DNA of 64,000 nt from Cyanidioschyzon merolae (Eukaryota): NCBI GenBank assembly GCA_000091205.1, contig AP006495.2; one strand, given 5' to 3'. Positions 43,177 to 51,974 of the stretch are shown piece after piece. The translations under genes and the position numbers were made by a program. The first letter of the stretch is position 1, and every line of letters begins with the position of its first letter. Under the pieces are notes generated by a model, which was given only the letters and a program-made list of their open reading frames with translations, was not told the DNA's origin and searched no databases.

Positions 43177-44135
43177 ATCCCAGCTTACATTTCCCGTGAA
43201 TTTTTCATTTCCTCAGAATGAACGCACTTCTTCGCGCCTCTAGGCGACGACCTGCCCGGAGACAGACGGACCTGCGGATGGACGACGATATGTGCCCCGG
43301 TGCGTTACATTGCGGTGCACGCTTCAGCGATTCGCCATGTGCAGCGATCATCACGTTTCACGAAAGGAAACACTCCTTCGATGCGGCTCAACCATGGACT
43401 GTACGAAGCAATGGAAAGCAGCGCTACCCCGATAGAATCGGCAAAGCCCGGGCGCGACGGGAAATAGTGCATTGGCGTATTGTCCTATATAAAAGGATAC
43501 GGCCAGGCGTCAGGGGGTGTGTCTTGAATGACTCGACGAAGTGGCTGGTGCTCTTGTATGAGCCTTCTGCAACAGCGAAACGGAGACCTCGAAATGAGTC
43601 CGCTGCAGCTGGAATAGATGATGATTTCCGAACTCTCCTTGAGTTTGGTGTTAGATATGAAGGGCGCCCTGTATGCGGATGCCCATGTACGATCCGGCTG
43701 TTTCGCGCGAAGGAGGTCTCGCCGGCTGAGCAACCGAACAGAAGCCCCTACGCCGCATACCGGCGGAGACGTTCCAGGAACTCTGCCGTTGCGATTTATG
43801 CGGAAGACAGGCATGAATGAAACAGGACTCTTTTTTGCGACTGTGTCGCAATGTCTCCAGGGCCGCACGAACGAGATGTCGACAAACAAAGACGACCGTG
43901 GTGGCTGCTATCGTCGCTTTTGGTTTCCGCAGAGTGCCTGTTGGGGCGCTTTTCTACGATTGACCGAAAACTTGCTTTAAGAATATCTGTTTACGCCGCG
44001 GAGCGAATGCACACTATTCCAGCGTTTCTCAACCATGTGAGTTCTGTGGTATGAGTGACCTGAAGAAAGAATGCAGTACACCTTGCACTGTTCAGAAACG
44101 ATATATACCCTACAGGCAACTCATCTATAATCTAT
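43177..44135 (+). repeat. ~950-bp 'MNALLRAS' repeat unit (copy 1), near-identical to 62899-63840
   Basis: Direct comparison of the two stretches shows >97% identity with one small indel near 43510. Its ORFs are not preserved between copies, so it is probably non-coding. Confidence 0.8.
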
Positions 44136-45625
44136 GCGGCACACAGCATAGTGATTTCGATATACCGCAATACATTCCAGCAAGGGCGAAACAAAGTTGA
44201 GATGAAAGACTACAAGCCAGGTGTACAAAATCTCAAGTTTTGGTCGCTTCCCACTGTCATCTGCAGAAGCCTTTGATGGCTTTTTATGCGTCTTCTTCGG
44301 TAATCACCGAGCCGAAGTCGGCTTTTAACTTTTCTGGTCTTTACTTTGCCTCCAGATTCGATATAGGCCAGCGAGGATTGTTGACGACGGCGTTCAAGAA
44401 CCTATTTTGGCGCCTCTCGCTGTTGCCAAGGCATACCATTCCATGACGGAGGTTGCCATCCAGCCTTCCCTTGCCATATTCGTCTTCTCTGCATGCAGGC
44501 TAGCTTATTCCTTGATAATGATACCACTTGGCTGTGGTAAGTGGTCCCATAAATTCACTACACCTCCTCTGCCTTCTGAGTACGACCCTGCGTCGCGTGA
44601 ACGCTTGTTCCGTCGCTCATTGCACGCCCATGACAGGTACTAATGGCTTTCCCCGATATCGTCCTCCGTCTCTGCGCCCGATACAGTACTGTGCAATCAG
44701 GGGCTACTTCTCGAGGATCTCCTCGGCGATTACTCTGTGAACTGACCGCGCAAGCGCACTGTCCCGTCCGATTTAGCATTTTGTAGAACGCGATGCTGCC
44801 CCTAACGAAAAACATACCATACACGAATCCGGTCTAGAGAACAAGTCGATTATTTTCATTCCGTCTACGCTTCCTTTGCGCAAAGTGATGACGGAATTTG
44901 TACATGAAGCGATTGCTGTGATGATTCTGGCCAGAAACTAGGACGTTTTCAATGCGGACAAAGGAGCCTGGAGATTCTGGTAACATATGCCATGAAAGGA
45001 ATCATGCTGGAGCCGAATACCATGTCGTCGACATTGACGGAGAAAGGGGGGTTTTATTTCGAACTAGATCGATTGTTAGACGTGAGAAAGTCATTGAGCT
45101 TTTGGATTAAGCGTATGTAGAAATCGTCAATGGACGACGTCAAATTTCTTTCTCTGTGAATCCAGCGGCGTGCATTGCTGTGCCCAAGCATTGCCTTGAA
45201 ACGGAAAGATGGAAAAATTGAAGTACGCAGGATTTGAACATGTTACATGGAAGGACGGGAGAAGACTGAAGGCCTGTCCGAATGGAATGGATTGTGATAA
45301 CGGGTATTTTTGAGCATTTGCTCAAAGGCGTCGCGAATAATTTTGTTTCAGATGAAGTGACGAATCCCGGCATCGAAGAGTCGACGGAATCTCTCTGCAA
45401 ACTCTAAGAAGACTCCTAAAACTAAGTATGAGCCTGTAAGCTTTTGTTGCTGGGCGTCGAATGCCGACGCGGCACAGAAATTCGGAATAAAAATCGAAAG
45501 GCAGGAGCGCAGCGAACAGTACAATGCTCCATTCGAACTGAATACGTTTTGGACAACAGATCCGGTGTTGTTCAGTGGCCACGGTTTGTATTTTTTGTGT
45601 GTCGATCCCTCGCCGGCGTAGCAAA

Positions 45626-46900
45626 ATGCTGAAACGTTCATCGAAGGTGGATCTACCATGCTTCCTGATTCGTTGGCCCGAAGCTAGTTTACGTTTAAGC
45701 TGCAGAAAGATCGCTACTTTTTCGACTCCGACGAAACGCAGCCACACGAGTGGTGTCGAACTGCGTGCTTTGCAGAGGACACGAGCAAGCTGCCTGGATC
45801 GAAGGCCCATTACGCTCAATGGACTTCAACTGGCGGAGGATGGATCTGCGCATCCAGTTAGGAACGAGCTATTTTACCACCTCGTCGAAGGAAGACGTCG
45901 TGTACGAGCGGACGCTAAACAGCCCAGGTTCCAAGTTAGCCCAAGCTACGAGTACGGCGCAGTGGCACCCGGCGGCGGTTCGGGCGATGGGACACGTTCG
46001 AGGAAGTACGGTGGTGATAATGACGATAATGAAGAGGACAGGGCCCTCGACCCTGAAATTGAAGCTTTGCTAAGGAGAGAGGAACGCGGAGTTTCTTCCC
46101 TTCCTGAGGAGTTCCAGCGCAAAGTCGGTGAGGGCAGTCTCGCTGTGAAGGATCTGAAACGCCTCCTCATTATCGAGAAAATCCCTCTAATCGGTGCGCT
46201 GGCCAGTAGGTGGCCTGGTCTTCGAAGTCGTCTTGTTGCAAATCCTCGTTTTATGTCGGTCATGGCGGTGGAGCTAGTCATCGGCTTCTTTTCCAAAAGT
46301 GCAGCGGAGGTTAAACAGCGGGGCCGGAATTTTTGGTCCGAGTTTGACTTCTACCTATCGGATATCATGCTTGAACTTGTAGGTGACTTTTCCCTTGTCT
46401 GGTTGCTCTCACCAACGATGAATGCATATCGAATGCCCGCGACAAACTCTGCTTTCACTTCGTTGCTTGGGCATCTAGAGCGGCTACCCAAGTTTGCTCT
46501 GCAACCGGGCATGCAGTATACCCTTGGTCAACGTTCGGCTTGTTTGCTTCTCAAAGGATTGCAGTTTGGTGCTGTAGGATTCTGTGCGTCCGTTGTTGGT
46601 CACTCACTTACGAAACTGCTCGTGTACTCGCGAAGGTGTCTCGGTCCTCAATCAGCATCGAGCTCGGTGAAGCTTGCCCCTGTCTTGGCCAATTCGATAT
46701 CTTGGGGGGCTTTTATGGGACTCTCGAGCAACCTCAGATACCAGGCCGTGAGCGCTGTGGAGGCTCGTATGCTGGAGCCGCTTTTAGCTGGCGCTCCTGC
46801 GATTGTCTTCACGACGATATCGTTTTTGCTGCGATTCGCGAATACATATATAGGCGGTGTTCACTGGATTCAATGGGCCCGGTGGACAGGCGTTCAGTAG
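45626..46900 (+). CDS. RETICULATA-related (DUF3411) family protein with a transit-peptide-like N-terminus
   Basis: WPGLRSRLVANPRFMSVMAVELVIG...FWSEFDFYLSDIMLELVGDFSLVWLLSP, LKGLQFGAVGF, WGAFMGLSSNLRYQAV, ...FANTYIGGVHWIQWARWTGVQ resemble plant RER proteins (…MGVSANARYQ…ARMTGSQ). The N-terminus is S/T/R-rich. The first ATG is at 45626. Confidence 0.6.
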   Translation: MLKRSSKVDLPCFLIRWPEASLRLSCRKIATFSTPTKRSHTSGVELRALQRTRASCLDRRPITLNGLQLAEDGSAHPVRNELFYHLVEGRRRVRADAKQPRFQVSPSYEYGAVAPGGGSGDGTRSRKYGGDNDDNEEDRALDPEIEALLRREERGVSSLPEEFQRKVGEGSLAVKDLKRLLIIEKIPLIGALASRWPGLRSRLVANPRFMSVMAVELVIGFFSKSAAEVKQRGRNFWSEFDFYLSDIMLELVGDFSLVWLLSPTMNAYRMPATNSAFTSLLGHLERLPKFALQPGMQYTLGQRSACLLLKGLQFGAVGFCASVVGHSLTKLLVYSRRCLGPQSASSSVKLAPVLANSISWGAFMGLSSNLRYQAVSAVEARMLEPLLAGAPAIVFTTISFLLRFANTYIGGVHWIQWARWTGVQ

Positions 46901-48734
46901 TCTCCTCGGCTTTACAGACTGCCTGGAATATCCTAGAGGACACAACGCATGTTATATCCTTTTCCTAGCAGAGACTGCATAATCCAGATCGCACATAGTT
47001 CCTCCGATTGCGACATGCATCAGTTCCTGCTTGAAAATCTGCACCGATTTTTCTGGGAAAGTTTATGCGGAAAACCGTTGCCGCCCGCTTCTACCAAAAT
47101 GCACCAATACGTAGCGCGTGTTACACCGGGTTCGTATTATGTGGAAAGTGTTTCCAGAAATGGAGATGAGTCAAGGCGAGCGATGAACCGAGGACGTGTT
47201 CGTGCATTTGGCGCTGCCGTTTCTTCTGGTATGGAGGCAGCCGAGTTCGTCTCGCAAACAGATCTGGCGGATGGAAACAGAAACCCAAGGAAGTTTCTCT
47301 TGAGACACGACCTCGTTACGATCTGCTTTCAGGAGAATGCTTTCGCGGACAACGTCAGTTTCTTATTAGTTTCTGATCCAGTGCTGCGAACTCTCAGAGG
47401 AGGCGGATAACGGCTACGGGTGTTTTCATTCCGAGAAGTTGCGCACCATTGCGTTTGCACGTGCTCTCTGCTAAGCCAATTCCTTACGAAGCACGTTCTT
47501 TTGGACGTGAATCTTCCCACGGATTTCGTGAGCACGATCGAGCTTGATCACGTAGTTGTTTGCGGACTCCACTATCGCTCTTCATGAGATCTACTGGAAA
47601 AGCCTAAGAAATGCCATTGGGACGCAACGGGTAAAATGCCAGGTGCGAGCAGGTCTGCGAGCGAAACGCTTATAATTGAAGACGAGGGTGGAAGCGTTCA
47701 CGCTCAAACTGGCGAACATGCAGTTCCTACTGGCTAGCACTTGAAGTGCGGAAGGAGCTCAGCTGCACGCTTCCCGACCACGTGGTGCTTGACGGCATGG
47801 AACGAGAGCGACTCATCGAACTTGCGTTTAGCTTTCAGCCTGACCAGAGGTTTCGGTCGGACCCGAACTTCTCTTTCTGAAACCAATGCCGCAATTGGTT
47901 GCCTGACGGAAGAATGTTGAATTTGCCCTTCAGAGGGAATCAACAAAGGGTCTGCTGTGTAGACCTCTGTAGAGGCATCTTCTCTAGTTTTTGACAGTTT
48001 TACGGCGGCAAGGTACACCTTCTGACAGGGCGAATGCATCATATGGCATGGCGAGGGACTCCGCTCACCATTGATCAACTTGCACGCAACTATCGAGATG
48101 GCTCGCCCTGACCATATTTTATCTGAGCACGCCAGGGAGCCCGATGGATAGACTCAATTAGGAACACGATGTTTCACACCCATTTCAGAATAAACTGTAA
48201 GAGGTCGCCTGTTGAGCAAGTGCACGCTGACTTTTGATTCCCTTCATATTGTCATCAACGCCAACCTTTGCGGGATATTTATGCAGCTGCTTCCTTTTGC
48301 TCTCCCACCTCCGAGTTTAGATGCGCCCGTCTCTCATGTCGCTCCAGCTGCGCTCTCGGCAGTCGAAGGATATGGACGTCCCCGTACAAGTCAAGATTTC
48401 GTCGCTTCTGCCCGTTGTCCACGCCTTTCCTGCACAGACTGTAGTTCCGATGAACGCTTCGCTTGCCATTCTCATCTTCTGTACGTACAGTCTCGGCGCG
48501 TCATTCGAAACAGATGCACTCCGCTGTCGACATGCGTTCTAACATATCATCCACGTCGCCATGGCCGGCGGCCGCCATGCGGACCATGAACGCTGACTTG
48601 AACGCGCGCTACATGCCCTTTACGAGTGTAAGAGGTTTCCGTAGATGCCGTTCTCAGTCTCCGCGCTCGATGCCGCACCCGACGATCACGGGCTTCTTCG
48701 GCGCGATGCCTCGTTGCGTACGCTGTCCACTGCA

Positions 48735-48790
48735 AAAGCGAGCGCAAGCGAGCGCAAGCAAGCGCAAGCAAGCGCAAGCAAGCGCAAGCT
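48735..48790. repeat. 10-bp minisatellite (aagc[ga]agcgc) x ~5.5
   Basis: The sequence reads aagcgagcgc aagcgagcgc aagcaagcgc aagcaagcgc aagcaagcgc aagct. Confidence 0.9.
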
Positions 48791-49530
48791 GTTCCATGGG
48801 ATGTCGGACTCTGGGCACGCGATGCTGTCCGTGGTGAACCAAGCAACGGAAGGAGAATCCAGACGGGAGATCAAACCGTAAAATTCCGACCCGTCTGCGC
48901 TCTCTTCATGCAAAGCTGTGACTCCCTCTACGGGTTGCTATCGTGGCGATGGCTCAGGGCCGAGCCCAGACCCTTCTCCCTCGAAAACAGAAGCGATAGA
49001 AGGCTTCGGGAGCGTACGACGCCAGAAGTGTCATGCTGCTGAGGAATGCCGCGTGGTCGTTGGCAACAAAGAGAGGTACGTTTGTGGTTCGAATAGAATC
49101 GATGACTCGACGTGACATGGTTAGTGAACTTTCGCCGTGAGCTTGTGAAGGACTTGGCGGGAGGCGAAGTCGACTTTTTGCCGTCGTCAAACGACTAGAG
49201 CGAATCACAGCGCCACGAGTTGCTTCGCGACTGATAGATCGAAAATTGGAAGAACGCGTGCTTTGAGCACGCTACGAGTACGGAGCTGAGAAGGGTTGAG
49301 GCTTCTGATTGTGGGATGAAGTATGGTACAGCTTATTTTGCTAAGCTTTTCTCGAGGGCGTCGCGAATGCTTTTTACGAGAGTGGAAGAATGAATGCCCT
49401 TCTGCGAGAGTCAGAAGAGCGACCAGGAAGATACAACCGAGAATCCTAGAACTACGCATGGATCCTAGGAAGACCAGTACTGCTACATGTCGAATGTGCA
49501 GTCTATACATTTGCAAAAGTTCGGAAAACA

Positions 49531-51066
49531 ATGAGAAATCCAGGAATAGAGGACATGGATCAGAATACCCTTTTACTGGACACATGTATGGCATCTCCGC
49601 GGCTCATGCGCCATACGGTCGCTTTGCAGAACGCATCTGAATCGACATCGCGGCGACGATTTTGCTGCACAGCTTATCGTGCGGTGCACCAGCTCCGTCT
49701 GCCGCTGACGGTCGCGTTGACGTGTTTGCAGGCTGGTGCCGGTGCTTGTGACTGTACCTGTGCAGGCGTGGACTGCACTCGTTTCTACAAGGGTTGTGGT
49801 GCTTTTATCCGATATCGCGAAAGATACTCTGAGAGCGTTGCTATTGTTTTCGTATTAGGATTTCGTCCGAGTTGCAGCCAGAGAAATGGCGCTCTGAACA
49901 ACGAGGCCGGCGAGCGTTTTATGTTTCTCCAAAGGCCGTCTTCGAAAGTTTTATTCACGTGCTCTACCGCTGCAGTCGCAGATGGACGCAGCAGGCTGTC
50001 CGCCAAGCGGACCAACCGAGCCACCTGTTGTTCGAAGCGAGGGAACACTGCAGTGTGGTGCCTGCAGTCTGCAGAGCCCCCAGCGTTGGCGCCCTCTGGA
50101 GGAGTCTTCTTTGCACCGGCGAAACTGAAACTTTTTGCCGGCAGTTCGAATAAAGAGTTAGCTTTTGGCGTGGCGCGATATCTTGGCAAAGAGGGGCCTG
50201 ATGAGCTAATTTGTAAAAATTTCGCCGACGGGGAAAAATACGTGCGCCTCGTCCAAAGCGTGCGGGGTTGCAACGTCTTCATCCTGCAGTCGACGTGCCA
50301 GCCGGTCAATGAGAACCTCATCGAGCTCTTGCTTATGATAGATGCGTGTCGTCGAGCCCATGCGTTTCAAATCATTGCGGTCATCCCGTATTCCGCGTAT
50401 GCTCGAGCTGATCGGATCTTTGATCTGGATTCGAAGCGCCGGGAGGCACTCACATCCAAACTTGTAGCGAATTTGATCTGTGAAAGCGGCGCGGACCGTG
50501 TGATTCTCGTAGACATTCATTCGCCGCAATCATGCGGCTTTTTTGACATTCCCGTGGAACACATTTATGCGTCACCTGTTTTGGTTGACTATGTACAAAC
50601 ATGCCTCGAAAATCTTGGAAATATCATCATTGTTTCACCAGACATAGGTGGAGTTGCCCGCGCCAGAGCATACGCAAAAGCACTTGGCGATGCTCCTTTG
50701 GCGATCGTGGATAAACGTCGCGACAGCAGAACAAAGCATGAAGTCATGAATCTTGTTGGCGATGTCGCGGGTAAGGTAGCAATTGTGGTGGATGACATGA
50801 TCGATACTGCTGCAACCGTCTACTCTGCGGGACAGCTTTTGAGGTCGAGTGGTGCTGCCAAGGTCTTGACGCTCGCCACACATGCCGTGTTCAGCGAGGT
50901 GGCGCTCAAACGCGTGTCTTCAGGCCTTTTCGAAGAGGTGATAGTCACAGATACTGTACCGGTGCCGCCAGAGAAACAGTTTCCACAGCTCCGCGTTGTT
51001 AGCTGTGCGAACCTGATTGGAGAGGCAATATGGAGGGTGCACGAGGAGACTGCGCATGCCCTGTGA
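49531..51066 (+). CDS. PRPS: ribose-phosphate pyrophosphokinase (PRPP synthetase) with a ~190-aa N-terminal extension
   Basis: The catalytic domain from about 50119 reads LKLFAGSSNKELAFGVARYLG...VIPYSAYARADR...IVVDDMIDTAATV...VTDTVPV, colinear with PRPS1. ATG at 49531. The true start may be an internal Met. The extension could be an organellar targeting sequence. Confidence 0.88.
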   Translation: MRNPGIEDMDQNTLLLDTCMASPRLMRHTVALQNASESTSRRRFCCTAYRAVHQLRLPLTVALTCLQAGAGACDCTCAGVDCTRFYKGCGAFIRYRERYSESVAIVFVLGFRPSCSQRNGALNNEAGERFMFLQRPSSKVLFTCSTAAVADGRSRLSAKRTNRATCCSKRGNTAVWCLQSAEPPALAPSGGVFFAPAKLKLFAGSSNKELAFGVARYLGKEGPDELICKNFADGEKYVRLVQSVRGCNVFILQSTCQPVNENLIELLLMIDACRRAHAFQIIAVIPYSAYARADRIFDLDSKRREALTSKLVANLICESGADRVILVDIHSPQSCGFFDIPVEHIYASPVLVDYVQTCLENLGNIIIVSPDIGGVARARAYAKALGDAPLAIVDKRRDSRTKHEVMNLVGDVAGKVAIVVDDMIDTAATVYSAGQLLRSSGAAKVLTLATHAVFSEVALKRVSSGLFEEVIVTDTVPVPPEKQFPQLRVVSCANLIGEAIWRVHEETAHAL

Positions 51067-51373
51067 GCATCTCTGGTTGTTGTGCCCAGAGGAAAATTTT
51101 TCTCCCGAGATGGCCTGGTTTGGCTGAACCTCCCTCGCGGCTACCAGGATCTGTCCAGCAGGACCGTCTCTGCAAATGCTGATGCACGCCAATTAGTTCT
51201 GGAGCAGTTCGTAAATTTCGTTCCAAGACAGAGGTTGAACCGACTTACATCTTCGCTTTAGGCCAAAGAAGGATCCATAACCACATCACTACAACCATTC
51301 CCATCATCCACACGTCTCGTCCGAAGGAATCATGCCTGGGGCACCCAGCCCTTGGTAGGCGAAGAGCTAGATA

Positions 51374-51972
51374 CTAGGTAGCTTTTCCGTAGACACCCAG
51401 AATTTGTTTCAGCTCTCCACTGCGGTACATACTCTCCATAATATCGCTCCCTCCAATGAATTCGCCATCGACAAATAATTGCGGTATGGTGGGCCATTGG
51501 CTGTACTTTTTGATCGCCTCCCGTAGAAGCGGGTCCGCTAGCACATTATACGACTGGAACGGAACCCCCATGGCTTTCAGGATGCTCACAGCTTTGTAGC
51601 TGAAGCCACAGAGTGGGGCCTCGGGTTCCCCCTTCATATATAAAACAACTTTGCTCGACATGACGTCCCGCTCGATGCGCTCCATGACGTCCGCCCAGTC
51701 AGCGTCTGACGGCTGTTGCTTCCGCTGCGGTTGAAAGTCCGGGTGTGAGTTCCCTGAAGGGGTCTGCGAGGAAATAGCGCTATAAAGACGAAGGCCTCTC
51801 GCCCGGGGCGAAAAAGTTCCGTGATGATGCACAATGTGCTGCTGGCGACTGCAAGCAGCTGAAAAATTGCGGAAACGACCCCAAGCTGTTTCCAACTGCC
51901 CAGCACCCCGGTGCAGCTGCACGAAACCCATCAATAGCTTGGTCCCAGATACACCAAAACTCTTTGTCGCCA
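51374..51972 (-). CDS. GRX5: monothiol glutaredoxin (Grx5-type, CGFS active site), probably mitochondrial
   Basis: VVLYMKGEPEAPLCGFSYKAVSILKAMGVPFQSYNVLADPLLREAIKKYSQWPTIPQLFVDGEFIGGSDI. ~90-aa N-terminal presequence. The first ATG at 51972 sits inside the terminal ggtgtgATGgcgac of the Fanzor copy C right end. Confidence 0.85.
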
Positions 51973-51974
51973 TC

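Noticed and set aside
43218-43820. 200-aa ORF 'MNALLRASRRRPARRQ...' inside the 950-bp repeat as a possible protein (e.g. a transposase)
   Set aside because: The near-identical copy at 62899 breaks the same ORF with a small indel, so the frame is not conserved between the two copies, and I recognise no domain in the translation. The repeat is treated as non-coding.
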